64,000 bases of DNA from Somniosus microcephalus. Its lineage: Eukaryota. The notes below the pieces were generated by a model. The model had not been told where the DNA came from and searched no databases. It saw only the letters and a list, made by a program, of their open reading frames with translations. The stretch lies in contig CM126228.1 of NCBI GenBank assembly GCA_052327205.1, positions 23,684,001 through 23,748,000 on the forward strand, read 5' to 3'. Positions 50,351-63,438 of this stretch are shown one piece after another (position 1 is the stretch's first letter; each line of letters starts with the position of its first letter). The position numbers and the translations under genes were made by a program.

Positions 50351-51920
50351 AAACATACAAACATAGAAACATAGAAGGTAGGAGCAGGAGTAGGCCATTC
50401 GGCCCCTCGAGCCTGCTCCGCCATTTAATGAGATCATGGCTGATCATCCAAATTCAGTACCCTGTCCCTGCTTTCTCCCCATATCCCTTGATCCCTTTAG
50501 CCTTAAGAAATATATCTAACTCCTTCTTGAATATATTTAATGAATTGGCCTCAACTGCCTTTTGTGGTAGAGAATTCCACAGGTTCACCACTCTCTGGGT
50601 GAAGAAATTCCTCCTCATCTCTGTCCTAAATGGCTTACCCCTTATCCTTAGACTGTGACCCCTGGTTCTGGACTCCACCGCCATCGGGAACATCCTTCCT
50701 GCATCTAGTCTGTCTAGTCCTGTTAGAATTTTATAAGTTTCAATGAGATCCCCTCTCATTCTTCTAAACTCCAGCGAGTATAAGCCCAATCGACCCAATC
50801 TCTCCTCCTACATCATTCCTGCCATCCCAGGGATCAGTCTGGTGAATCTTCGCTGCACTCTCTCCATGGCAAGAACATCCTTCCTTAGATAAGGCGACCA
50901 AAACTGCACACAATACTCAAGGTGTGGTCTCACCAAGGCCCTGTACAACTGCAGCAAGGCATCCTTGCTCCTGTACTCGAATCCTCTCGCAACGAAGGCC
51001 AACATACCATTTGCCTTCTTAACCGCCTGCTGCACCTGCATGCTTACCTTCAGCGACTGGTGCACAAGGACACCCAGGTCTCATTGCACTTCCCCTTCTC
51101 CCAATCTATTGCCATTCAGTTAATAATCTGTCTTCCTGTTTTTGCCACCAAAGTGGATAACCTCGCATTTATCCACATTATACTGCATCTGCCGTGCATC
51201 TGCCCAATCACCCAACCTGTCCAAATCATACTGGAGTTTCTCGACATGCTCCTCACAGCACACACGTCCACCCAGCTTTGTGTCGTCTGCAAACTTGGAG
51301 ATATTACATGTAATTCCCTCGTCTAGATCAATATATATTGTGAACAGCTGGGGTCCTAGCATCGATCCCTGCGGTACCCCACTAGTCACTGCCTGCCACT
51401 CGGAAAAAGACCCGTTTATTCCAACTCTTTGCTTCCTGTCTGCCAACCAGTTCTCTATCCAAGTCAGTACCTTACCCCCAATCCCATATGCTTTAACTTT
51501 ACACGTTAATCTCTTATGCGGGACCTTATCGAAAGCCTTCTGAAAGTCCAAATACACCACATCCACTGGTTCTCCCTTATCTATTCTACCAGTTACATCC
51601 TCAAAAAATTCAAGTAGATTAGTCAAGCACGATTTACCTTTTGTAAATCCATGTTGACTTTGTCCGATCCGGTCACTGTTTTCCAAGCGCTCTGCTATTA
51701 CATCTTTTATAATGGACTCTAGCATTTTCCCCACTACCGATGTCAGGCTTACCGGTCTATAATTCCCCGTTTTCTCTCTACCACCTTTTTTGTATAGTGG
51801 GGTTACATTAGCTACTATCCAATCCATGGGAACTGTTCCAGAGTCTATAGAATTTTGGAAGATGACCAGCAATGCATCTACTATTTCTAGGGCCACTTCC
51901 TTAAGTACCCTAGGATGTAG
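50351..51920 (-). mobile_element. HER1-like CR1 LINE, 1.57-kb 3' portion with RT domain
   Basis: ORF 51120-51896 has the RT motifs NYRPVSLTS, DFQKAFDKV, PQGSMLGP and KFADD. It has a (CTATGTTT)n tail and is close to 26550-27100. Confidence 0.95.
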
Positions 51921-52619
51921 AAAGAACAGTGTATGTCAAAAAAAAAGGAACATTAATAACCTTTTTGTTCCTAATTTACAGTTAAGTTTAAATAAATATA
52001 TTATGTGGACTAAATGCACTGTATAAGCTATTCTGACAGTTAACATTTGACAAAATGACAATCTGCTGGAGTATTCATCCCAGCAGACTGCTCCAGGCCC
52101 ATTTTACTTTCATTGCAGTTTACCTTGGCGTCACTATGTGGAACTAGAAAATAGATTAGCCACGCATGAAAGAAACCTGGGAAAGCGACAAGATAGCTAT
52201 GTCTGTGGGGCGATTAGTCTATGTACGTGCAGAATAGAAAAAGTACATTTCAGAAATAAATGAGGAACTTCTAATTCTTTGGCATGGGGCCTGGCGGTAA
52301 AGTGCATTAAAACATCCCGATAACCTTGACAGGTCTGACAGTTCCACAAATGTGCCTGCAGATATTTAATATTTTTAGATCCAAAACATTCATATCAAAA
52401 CTATTCTAACACTTCACTACAAAATAGTAAAATTTTAACAAGCTTCTCTTGGTTGAAAAATTCTGTGAGCATAAGCTCTACGATTCCATATGTTCCGCCA
52501 GTTACATTTTGCAACATGTATCAGAAATTCTTACAGTATCGGCTCTGTGAATTACTTACTGTCCCTTTCCTTTTGGGAAGACTCCAGCTACTACAGGCAT
52601 ATAACCAACAAATTAGTAC

Positions 52620-52684
52620 CTGCTCATAGTTTAATCTCTGAGCATCTGTGATTTCTTTTGGCTTTGCATCGAGAATATAGTCAC
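52620..52684 (-). CDS. MINDY2: MINDY2 internal coding exon (65 nt): (G)DYILDAKPKEITDAQRLNYEQ
   Basis: Acceptor TCACAG and donor GTACTA. The peptide closely matches vertebrate MINDY2 as I recall it (GDYMLDAKPKEISEIQRLNYEQ). Phase 1 in, phase 0 out. Confidence 0.95.
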
Positions 52685-52991
52685 CTGTGAAGAGAGAAAT
52701 TAAAATTACAAATACCATCAAAATATCACACTCTCAAGATTAACTTCAATGCTCACTGAAAACTACTTTTATACATTAGGTAAATTAGGTTCCATCCACC
52801 GTAGCACTTCCACTAATCACCACTTTCACCTCTGTCCCTTTGACATCAACTTTCTCCAGCATCAGTAACAAATAAGCTGTAGATTCCCTAATTTTGTGGA
52901 ATCAATGGTGTTATGAAGCACAAAAGACAGGAGACACACATGAAATTGTCACGTTGTCCCCCAACATCACCTCAACAGTTTAATAGTCTAA

Positions 52992-53679
52992 GGCCTAGAA
53001 ATTCAGTGGGCTACACCACCAGTTAACGCCCAAAGAGGGCACTTAGTGGGTTTAGCGCCACTGGCCACGCCTCCCGCGAAATTTAGCGGGGCGCTAATGG
53101 CGGCGTTAGCAGGTGGCGCTGCGCCGCCACCGATGACGTCATCGGTGTGCGTAGCGCTTCACTACCGCCCCGATCGCCAAATTTGGTAGCGCCCCCCCCC
53201 CCCCCGCTGTAACGCCGGTCGCAATTTGCGACCGGTTCTGGGGGGGCCTACCTGCGGCGGTAGAGGCACGGACATTTTTTTTTGCTGGCCGCCTGCCAGC
53301 ACCTCTTCGCGCAGCCGTCCCCGGCCTCCTGAGCGCCCCGCCCCCCACCCCCGCGTTGTGCCGGCTGCCTCCCAAGAGCCCGGCACTTCTCCTCGGTGCC
53401 GGGCTCTTTTGCCGGCATTCGCGATCTCAGACCGCGCTGCAGCAGGCCCCTCCCCTTTAAGAAATGGAGGAAGGCCTGCAGTACCGCAGCACGCCGTGCC
53501 GCAGTGTGTGGCGCTGCGGCACGTTGCGCTGCGATTTTCAGTTGCAGCGCCCCAAGACGGATGCGGGGCGCCTCGAGTAGCGCCGCGCTTCCGTTTGGGG
53601 CGCTCAAACTGAATTTCCGGCAGGCGCTCGTGACTCCTTCCGGGGCGGTACTTCTGGTGCCCTGCCGAATTTCTAGGCC
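52992..53679. mobile_element. GC-rich PIF/Harbinger-like MITE, copy 2 (opposite orientation)
   Basis: TIR GGCCTAGAAATTC / GAATTTCTAGGCC with a perfect TAA TSD. The interior is homologous to the reverse complement of copy 1. Confidence 0.88.
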
Positions 53680-54096
53680 TAAATATCAACTGTCAAGGCT
53701 CAAAAACATCATACAGTCTAAGAAGAAACGTTATGTAAATTGGCTGCATCATTCTGCAAGTTCATTTTAATACTTTAGCTTGATAGAATAACAAAATGCA
53801 AAGGTTGCTTTACTATGCTGCAGCTCAACAAGCTGGTAGCTAACAAATAGAATCTGAACATCTACAATAATGGTAAACAAATTTATACTGCACAAATGAC
53901 CAAAATGCAGAACCGGTGAGTGACAAAGTAAGCTGTTTGGGGATACAAGTAACATGAAAATAATTTTCCACTGTCATTTTCTATTTTTTCCAGTTTAAGC
54001 AAATGTTTAAATTCAAAACTTTTTAAAATGCATACTTTTACTGAGCTTTTTGTTAGATGGCACCCAGTGATTTTCTAGGATATACCCCAGCATGTA

Positions 54097-54409
54097 CAGG
54101 AAACTTTCGATTAACCGGCACCTAAATAACCGGAAATGACGGTTAACCAGCAAAATTCAGGAGTAGGTTCAGGTAACTTTTATTACTTGCCTTCCTTCAT
54201 GTGTTGCTGTGTAAGGGTGTGGCTGCAGCTGTTGCTAAGCTACAGAGACGCTGGCAACTTGTGGCCATTGTTTTGAAGCTGTTGCAGCAACAGGGTTTGT
54301 TGCTTTATACGGAGCTCTCAGCTCCGTATCTTTTACTATAGCGTTCGGTTATCCGGAATTTTTGATGAACCGGCACCACGTCGGTCCCGGATAAAAAAAA
54401 AGTTTCCTG
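54097..54409. mobile_element. Tc1/pogo (Tigger-like) MITE, copy 2 (opposite orientation)
   Basis: TA|CAGGAAACTTT ... AAAGTTTCCTG|TA. The subterminal block matches the reverse complement of 33260-33315. Confidence 0.8.
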
Positions 54410-55764
54410 TAACATTAATTGGGGATCATCTTGATGAGCAGCACCAAGCCACTGTATGAAAACCTCTATTTTGAGGAATCTGGAACAAAGCTACAGCTGA
54501 GCGAGATATGAACTGCAAGAGCATTTGGCTGATGATAAAACAGCTTTTAAATGCTGCCTCTGTACTTCTGCAAACATATATTTTGTTATAATTACAAGTT
54601 GCCATTTGTCATGCAGCTGTAGGGCAGAAAGTGTTAAGTTTTGGAAAACTCCATTAGATGCAAATGGACTCAAATATCCATTCACTAAAAATCAGAAAGT
54701 GTAAATATACAATTTACCAAAGATCTTGTTCCATTCACTAAACAGCAACCGCCACAAAAAAGAAATCAAATCCCTGAACATTTATTCCAAGTTCTTTGAG
54801 CATAAAATTGGTTCCCCACCCACTCCAAAAATAACATTAAAAATTTAAAAACTGGGGGGGGGGGGGGGGGGGGGGGGCGGGGGGAATGCACAAACTGTAA
54901 TAAACTCACCCTTCCCATCTTCCAATACCTCCACCAACCTCTCCGAGAGGCCTCAGACATGCCTTCTGCTCCATTCTCAGCCCTCGTCCCTCAGCTGATT
55001 CAGACCTCTGTGCATGCATGAACTCAATACCAACCCTTGTGCTCGTTCTACCTTGTAAAAAAAAATCCTGAACCTTGAATTGCAAGCTCGAGTTGCAGAT
55101 CAGTCTGAACACACTGTTGAATTGTTTGCAAATCATCAAAAAGCACTCCTGCTATTCCATAATTAATAGAACAAATACAATATTTTAATTTAGCATCGAC
55201 AAAGCACCATCTCTGCAATGCCTACAATGACAAGCCATACAACATAATGGATTATATAGCTTCAAAAAGCATCTAAACCACATAGTCAGGCAATTAACAA
55301 TGCAACACGAATATGCTGTTTACCAATATTGACTGTTGAGTTTAGAGGTAAAAGCTGTTCAGCAGAATTTATTCAATTCACTAAATATGGCATATAGTTA
55401 TTAATAGTTGATGATAAAGTAACAGACCACCACTGGAAAGATTTTCAACTAGTTATGGTGCGCTGAGGAAGCAATCCACAAGAATGACTTATCCTTCAAA
55501 GATCATGCTCAATCTAAGTGGATTTATCAAAGTTGCCATGTTTGTCTCGGGACCTTTTAAGAATGTGTGACACTTAAAGCCTCTATCGTATAACAAACAA
55601 AAATAAAAATATACCAATTTAATTTGATGTTATTTCCTTTACAAGACTAAGATTTTGTATAGCAATTTTCCAGATCCTCAGCAAAATTATGAATTGCTGA
55701 TTGGCTCATTTAGATATGAAATACATGATATCATGCTTGGTTTTAATCAATTTCCTGCAAAGGG

Positions 55765-55863
55765 TCCTGACGAAGGGTTTCGACCTGAAACGTTGATTCT
55801 GTTTCTCTCTCCACGGATGTTGCCTGGCCTGCCGAGTTTTTCCAGCATTTTCTGTTGTTATTT
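55765..55863 (+). ncRNA. Minimal type-I hammerhead ribozyme core in a solo Penelope pseudo-LTR fragment
   Basis: CTGACGA (55767-55773), stem II AGG...CCT, GAAA (55787-55790), then CGTT. The same downstream sequence as at 25490-25555 follows. Confidence 0.6.
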
Positions 55864-56381
55864 CTCCTTCTGCACTACCTCAACAAAGTGCCTCAGCCCT
55901 TACGACATTAGAGCAACGTAGTTCCATTTCTCACTAATCATCCTGGGGCATGAGTTAAGTTGTCAATTTACTGTCCATTAGTGCAAAATTTGGGGCAGTT
56001 TAGTCTGTGGCTATTACACCGAGTTGAGACTGCCCAAACCCATTTCACGTACGACTCTTACAACCAACAGACGTCCCAACTAAATGGGCTTAAATCTGAG
56101 AAGATGACTCGTGTCAAACCACCTGCACTATTGTGCCCGTTTTAATCAAGTTTCCTATAGAAATAGCCTTTGGTAAACAGGCTTTTTGCTTATGGTTCCC
56201 AGAGGGAATCATTGCTAAAGGCAATTTGTTTTAAAGTCAATATCTGGCCAAGCTTTTAGCATCCATGGAGTTGGCTTACATAAAAAAGAACTTAGCTTTT
56301 AGTGAATCAACACAATCTAAACAAAATTCAATGGACACAGGACTCCTCATTTAAACAGCCAGCGCTCAAATGCCAGATTTG

Positions 56382-56825
56382 ATTTTTTTTTTTAATTCAT
56401 TCTCAGGATGTGGGCAAGGCTGGCATTTATTGACCACCTTTAATTGTCCTGACAAGCTGATGGTGTGCCTTCATCTTGAAAGCAGTTTTGAAATAACTAA
56501 AATGGCTTGCTAGGCCACTTCAGGGGGCAGTTGAAAGTAAACCATGTTAGGGTGGGACTGGAATCACATATCGGCCAGGTCGGGTGAGGATGGCAGGTTG
56601 TCATCCCGAAGACACGAGTAAAACCAGTTGGGTTATTACGACAATCCAACAGCTTAAATGGTCACTTTTACTGAGACCAGATTTTTGTTTTTGTAAATTT
56701 CCAGATCATTTTTTATAAACTGAATTCAAATTCTCAAACTCCCATGGTAGGATTTGATTTCATAGTCTCAGGCCACGAATCCAGGCCCATGGATTACTAA
56801 TCCAGTAACTTAACAACTAAATTAC
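56382..56825 (-). mobile_element. tRNA-derived SINE whose 3' tail is shared with the Crack/L2-like LINE
   Basis: The tail (reverse complement) AATAAATGCCAGCCTTGCCCACATCCTGAGAATGAATTAAAAAA matches 17355-17410, but the body differs. A degenerate Pol III head lies near 56740-56825. Confidence 0.65.
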
Positions 56826-57775
56826 TGCTCCCTTGCTCTTGACTGACATTCAAATTCTTAGCTTGCTGCTTCATGCCAGTGCAGCACTCAATCGCAATAA
56901 GGGAGAGAGGACAAAGGGGAGGAAAAGATCAGTTCAGTTCTCACGTAAACTCACGGCAAAGACTTCATTCTCCCATCAGCAGCGCGCACGAGCAAAAATA
57001 ACCCGCACACCATAATCCTACAGCAGCAGAGACACACTTTCTCATGGATTTTGGGAACTACTGCCAGATTCACCTGTTAAAACCCTGCATGGTGCCAGAT
57101 GGGAGGATTGTATTAAGTGGCATAGTAAATGGAGGAAGAGCGATGGAATGAGGCCAATACAGCACTGTGCTACCACAACTGGTATAGCAAAATCAAAGTT
57201 ACAGTTCCTGTCAAACAATCACAAAGTGGCACTGGTGGTTACAACCGAGAAATCTGCAGCCCAATATACCCAAGTTACTCTGCCTTTCTGCCTGCTCACC
57301 AGGGACAAACACGACAGAGTCTCTGGCAACATAAAACTCTTGATCCAAATTCTCTGGAGTTTATACTATTGATAGAAAGTATATGGGCTTAGCTGAAGTA
57401 ATCATTTATAGCGGTGATTCAGTTAACGAAATATAATGCTAAAACTGGCACTGAAGCCCTGATAAAGAATTTTAAGTTACAAGTCTTTTCACAAAGCTAC
57501 ATTTGGAAAGTCAAAAATAAATCCACTTCCAATGGCTATAATATTTCACAAAGGCAACCATAAAAGTCAAAAATGCCTTTTCTTCCAGATTTGGTCCAAG
57601 GGTCACCATAGAAAATACTCATGGTTTAATGGGGAAAGGGCATCATCGTAGCTCACTTACTACTGCTCCTTAATGTTCGGAACTGCAGAAATCTTACAAG
57701 AACCCACACTTAAGGTTTCTAGATTCCTCAGAACATGAAAAGACTAAATGTTAACATAAAAGGCCTATGACATTA

Positions 57776-58443
57776 TGGCCCGTATTTTCCGATGCCGACA
57801 GGTGTGTACGGGCTATCTACACACCTGTAGGGACATCAGAAATGCCAGTTTCAGGCATGCACAGTGTCCGCTTGACAGATCGGACGCCTGCCCTGGAGAA
57901 GGGCCTCTGCAGGGAGAGAGTTCCGCTTTCTGCAGAACCTCCGCCCGCTGAAAACCCTTAGAAATCTTACACCTGGTAAAAGTAGGCGTAAGAGTGTAAA
58001 AAAGTTTTTTTTTTTTTTTTAATTTCACTCATTTTTAATTTAAAAATACTTGTAAAAAAGTTTATTTTTAGCCCTGTAAAAACTATTTTTTTAATTAAAT
58101 TTGTTTAAAATATTTAACTTAATGTAATTTTAACTCATTAAAAAAAATGTATGTAATATTTTGATGTGTTTTTGGGGTGATCTCCATTCATATATTTGAC
58201 AGTTCTGTCAAAAGTATGACGGGAGATTCCCTTCTCCTATTGGCTGGCCTGGCCCAAGTGATCCCAGGGACGCTTGCGAACCGCCTGCGCCCCTGGGATA
58301 CGTGGGCCCTGCACATTTCAACAGTGGAGGGGCCCAGGAGCGGAAGTGTTCGGACCTCGGGAGCCCTCAGGTAAGTTCGTAGATTTTTTTCCAGATATGA
58401 GGCATCCGCACACAGGAAGCCTCCTATCGGAAATTACGGGCCG
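57776..58443. mobile_element. Non-autonomous TIR element (668 bp), TA-flanked
   Basis: TIR GGCCCGTATTTTCCGAT (57777-57793) / ATCGGAAATTACGGGCC (58426-58442), with TA one base outside each end. The superfamily is uncertain. Confidence 0.75.
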
Positions 58444-59969
58444 TAGTCTTGTTAAAAGTCTTCAAGATTTCAATGCAGGTTTGCTGTATCTCAAAAAGGG
58501 AGAAGCGAGTTGTATTTCAGTTCTCAAATGTTTAGAAAATCTTTGGCAGAACTAAAGGATATGTATTATAAAATAAACAAGATTCCAATAAGCGGCACAG
58601 ATGATAGGTTCTACGGAACCTGTGCTTTGAACCATGGAAATATTGGAACGTTTTGGTTCCTGTGCTCAGGACCATGGAAATATTTATTTATATATGCACT
58701 GGTGAGGATTCAATAATGTTAAAATGATCCGCAGTTCATCACTTAATTGCTTATATTAAGGGGTACAAACTTTGCCTTCTTGAAAATTACCACACGTAAT
58801 TAAATTATTTCAGGTAACTAAATAAATAGGGTTCAGTCCGTGATGTGGCAAATTGAAAGTTCTGGTCTGAACCATTCTCACCAGGATGGCTTTTGGCATG
58901 TCCAATTCAGTGATGAGCTGGCAGCCTGTGTCACACACTTCTGAAACTCTGCTCTTCAACACTGGTTAATCATGTCACTCACTGCCTTGCATATTTTCAA
59001 AGCCACCGACAGGATCTGGCACCTTGTACTTCCAAATAATTTACGAGCACATGGCTTTCTACCAAAACCAAGTTCCTGACTATCTAATTTCCTGTTAAAT
59101 CATTCTGTGTTGTAGTTGATAGCTCACAATTAAACCCAAGCTCAGAAGTTGCATCCTCTTGCATCTTATCAATGATCGTTTGCATTTATCAACCAAGCCT
59201 ACTCTTTGTTTTGCTGGTGATTCCACTCTACATTATTCAGCTTCCTGCAGATCACATACCCAATGATCATAAACTCCACTCATTACAATGCAACGACAAA
59301 AAGAAAAAAAATACATTTGCATAGCGCCTTTCACGACCTCAGGATTTCCCAAAGCGCTTTACAAACAATGAAGTACTTTTTGGAAGTGTAGTCACTGTTG
59401 TAATGTAGAAAACAACCGTTGCCTTTCTCTAACTTATCGACACTGCTGTCAATCTCCCTCCCAACTTTCCTTTTCTGTTCTTTTTAAGCTCCAAATACAT
59501 TGTCCTACATGCTCTTCCACCTTCCTACTGTGTTAAAATCAAGACTCACTGCAGTCTTCTACTCCAACTCACTTTTCCCAAGACCTTAAAGCTGGAACTG
59601 GGCGCAAGGACACCAATAGGAATGTGTTAAAAGCTATTGAATGTATTTTTTTTATTTTATTAATACAGCTTAAAAATGGGTTATCACAAAAAATAAGCAT
59701 TTTTTAAATCAGTGTCAATCCACTACCTGTGAGTAACCAGATTTTAAATGACAAAGACAAAAATACAGAACAATTTCCTAGTTATATTGGAGTACAGTAG
59801 TAAGTTTTAGTAATTAAAAAAAAATTACATTCAAAAGCTTTTAAAACATTCCTATTTGTCCTTGCACCCAAAAGAACCAGCTTAATTTTCAGAGCCTCCT
59901 CAAAGGCCTGCAAACGAGCGCAAGGAGCAGAAACTCCCAATGGTAACTAATTCATCCTGGGGGTGTCGC

Positions 59970-60100
59970 NNNNNNNNNNNNNNNNNNNNNNNNNNNNNNN
60001 NNNNNNNNNNNNNNNNNNNNNNNNNNNNNNNNNNNNNNNNNNNNNNNNNNNNNNNNNNNNNNNNNNNNNNNNNNNNNNNNNNNNNNNNNNNNNNNNNNNN
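59970..60100. other. Assembly gap (131 N)
   Basis: Run of N. Confidence 1.
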
Positions 60101-60553
60101 CATTTATATAGCGTCTTTCACGACCACTGCACATCCCAAAGCGCTTTACAGCCAATGAAGTACTTTTTGAAGTGTAGTCACTGTTGTAATATAGGAAACG
60201 CGGCAGCCAATTTGCGCACAGCAAGTTCCCACAAACAGCAATGTGATAATGACCAGATAATCTTTTTTAGTTATGTTGATTGAGGGATAAATATTGGCCA
60301 GGACACCGGGGATAACTCCCCTGCTCTTCTTCAAATTAGTGCCATGGGATCTTTTACGTCCACCCGAGAGTGAAGACGGGGCCCTTGGTTTAACGTCTCA
60401 TCCGAGAGACGGCACCTCCGACAGTGCAGCACTCCCTCAGCACTGCACTGAAGTGTCAGCTAGATCTTTGTGCTCAAGTCTCTGGAGTGGGACTTGAAAC
60501 CACAACCTTCTGTCTCAGAGGCGAGAGTGCTACCAACAGAGCCACAGCTGACA
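60101..60553 (-). mobile_element. tRNA-derived DeuSINE (SacSINE1-like), near full length
   Basis: tRNA-like head TGGCTCTGTTGG...GGTTTCAAGTCCC, central GGATGAGACGTTAAACC...TAAAAGATCCCATGGCAC, and tail AAAGCGCTTTGGGATG...GCTATATAAATG. Confidence 0.8.
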
Positions 60554-60890
60554 CTACTGCGGAGAGTTTAGGCAAAAGGTTTTCCACACAGATTTGTCAC
60601 TGTTATAACTATGGGAATTTCATATCAATTAACTGTTTTATTTAAATCATTCTTCGGGATGTTGCATTTGTTGTCAAGGCCAGTATTTGTTACCCATCCC
60701 TAGTTGCCCTTGAGAAAGTGGTGGTGGGCCTTCATCTTGGGCCGCTACAGTCTATGTGGTGAAGGTACTCCCAGAGTGCTGTTTAGGTAGGGAGTTCCAG
60801 GACTTTGACCCAGCGATGATGAAGGAATAGTGAGTGATACAGGTTCAAGTCAGGATGATGTGTGACTTGGAGGGAAACCTGGAAGTGATG

Positions 60891-61353
60891 GGCCTCTTTT
60901 TGTTGAGCTAAATTAACTGAAAATTAACAGAACTTCAAATAAAACTGATCAAATTAAATTATAATTACATTACCCGGGGTGACGATGCACTCCAGTCCCC
61001 GTGGCGCCCACCAGTCTCGGAAGGCCTCAAGTGTGCCAGCGGACACCGCGTGCTCCATCTCCAGGGCCACCCGGGCACCAACATAGCCGCGGAAGAGAGG
61101 CAGGCAATCGGGCCGGACGACCCCCTCGACCGCCCACTGCCTGGACCTGTTAATGACCACTTTGGCCAGGCCCAGGAGCAGTCCTACGAGGAGGTCCTCT
61201 GACCTGCCCACTCCCCTCCACACCGGGTGACCGAAGGTCAGGAGCGTGGGACTGAAGTGCAACCAAAAATCAAGGAGCAGCCCCTTCAAATAACGGAACA
61301 GGGGCTGCAACCACACACATTCTATATATACATGGAACACGGACTCCTCTAGG
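60891..61353 (-). mobile_element. Tx1/L1-clade LINE 3' fragment
   Basis: The peptide EESVFHVYIEC..LQPLF...LLLGLAKVVINRSR resembles the C-terminal Cys/His region of Tx1-type ORF2. The 3' end is A-rich. It is flanked by 12-bp direct repeats CTGGAAGTGATG (60879-60890) and CTGGGAGTGATG (61354-61365). Confidence 0.75.
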
Positions 61354-61435
61354 CTGGGAGTGATGCTGCTGCCATGCACCTGCTGCCCTTGTCCTGCCAG
61401 GTGGTGAAAGTCACACGTTTAAGAGTTGCTGCAGT

Positions 61436-62070
61436 AGATCATAGAATTGTATAGCACAGGAGGCAGCCATGTGGTCCATTGTGCCGGTGCCGGCTCTTTG
61501 AATGAGCTATTAAATTAGTCCCACTCCCCTGCTCTTTTCCCACAGCTGTGCAAATTTTTCCTTTTCAAGTATACATCTAATTCCCTTTGTAATCTGCTTC
61601 CATCACCCTTTCAGGCAGTGCATTGCAGATCATCAGAACTCATTGCATTAAAAGATTTCTCATCTGCCCTCTGGTTCTTTTGCCAATTATCTTAAATCTG
61701 TCTCCTTTGGTTATCTGCCAGTGGGAACAGCTTCTCCTGACTTACTCTGTCAAATATCCCATGAACCTTCTCTGCTCTAAGGAGAACAATCCCAGCTTCT
61801 CTCGTCTCTCCACGTAACTAAAGTTCCTTATCCCTCGTATCATTCTACTAAATCACCGTAGCACCCTCTCCAAGGCCTTGACATCCTTCCTAAAGTATGG
61901 AGCCCAGAATTGGTCACAATACTCTAGCTGAGGCCTAACCAGTGATTTATAAATGTTTAGCATAATTTCTTGCTTTCGCAGTCTATGCCTCTATTTATAA
62001 AGCTAAAGGATGCTTTTTTTAAACTGCTTTATCAACTTGTCCTACCACCATCAAAGATTTGTATATGTGA
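61436..62070 (-). mobile_element. CR1 3' fragment nested in the Crack/L2-like LINE
   Basis: Reverse complement of 21170-21870-type sequence. Confidence 0.85.
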
Positions 62071-62655
62071 ATCCTGTAGGTAATACACACTGTAGCTGTA
62101 GTACACCAGTGGTGGAGGGAGTGTAAGTTTAAGCTAGTGGATGGGATGTCAATCACGCAGACTGCTTTGTACTAGATAGTGTCAGGCTTCTTGAGTGTTG
62201 TTACAGAAGTACCCATCCAGGCAAGTGGAGAGTATTCCATCACATCCCCTGACTTGTGCATTGTAAGCGGTAGAGAGGTGTTGAGGAGTTAGGTAAGCCA
62301 CTCACTGCTGAATACCGACCCTTTGACCTGCTCTGGTAGCCATGGTATTTTTGTGATTGTTGCAGTTGGATTTCTGGTCAATGGTGACCCCCAGGATGTT
62401 GATGGTGGAGGCCTTGGCAATGGTAATGTCACACAAATGTCAAGGGGAGATGGTCAGGCTCTCTTGTTGGAGATGCTCATTGCCTAGCCCTTGTGTGGCA
62501 CGATTGCTACATGTCACTTATGTGCTCAAGCCTGGATGTTGTCCAGGTCTTGCTGCATGCGGGCATGGACTGCTTCATTATTTGAGGAATAGCCAATAGA
62601 GTTGAACACTGTGCAATCATTGACCAGCTCCACTTCTGACCCCATGATGGAGGAA

Positions 62656-63438
62656 ATAAGAATATAAGAAATAGGAGCTGGAGTAGGCCATACTGCCCCT
62701 CGAGGCTACTCTGCCATTCAATAAGATCATGGCTGATCATCGACCTCAACTCCACTTTCCCGCCCGATCTCCATATCCCTTGATTCCCCTAGAGCCCAAA
62801 TATCTATCTTATCTCAGCCTTGAATATACTCAAAGACTCCGCATTCACAGCCCTCTGGGGCAGAGAATTCCAAAGGTTCACAACCCTCCGAGTGAAGAAA
62901 TTCCTCCTCATCTCGGTCTTAAATGGCCTACCCTTATCCTGAGACTATGCCCCCTAGTTCTAGACACTCCAGCCAGGGGGAAACAACCTCTCAGCATCTA
63001 CCCTGTCAGTCCCCTTCAGAATCTTGTATGTTTCAATGAGATCACCTCTCATTCTTCTAAACACAAGAGTATAGGCCCATTCTACACAATCTCTCATCAT
63101 AGGACAGCCCTCTCATCCTAGGAATCAATCTAGTGAACCTGCATTGCACCGCCTCCAAGGCAAGTATATCCTTCCTTAGATAAGGAGACCAAAACTGTAC
63201 ACAGTACTCCAGGTGTGGTCTCACCAAGGCCCTGTACAATTGTAGCAAGACTTCCTTACTCTTATACTCCAACCCCCTTGCAATAAAGGCCAACATGCCA
63301 TTTGCCTTCCTTATTGCTTGCTGTACCTGCACGCTAGCTTTCTGTGTTTCTTGCACAAGGACACCCAAATCTCTCTGAACACCAACATTTGAAAGTTTCT
63401 CACCATTTAAAAACATTCTGTTTTTCTATTCTTCCTAC
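62656..63438 (-). mobile_element. CR1 3' fragment with a (TTCTTAT)n-like tail
   Basis: ORF 63057-63416 contains QRDLGV...LVRPHLEYCVQFWSP. Confidence 0.9.

Larger units (their letters stand above)
60645..62655 (-). mobile_element. Third, older copy of the same LINE family, split by nested insertions (host pieces about 60645-60890, 61354-61435, 62071-62655)
   Basis: The pieces are collinear with 29430-30335 once the two inserts are removed. Confidence 0.85.

Noticed and set aside
51120-51896. 258-aa reverse transcriptase ORF as a functional gene or prokaryotic retron/DGR-like system
   Set aside because: It is a 5'-truncated CR1 LINE with no endonuclease domain or ORF1 and with downstream stops and frameshifts. 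The context is a vertebrate intron.
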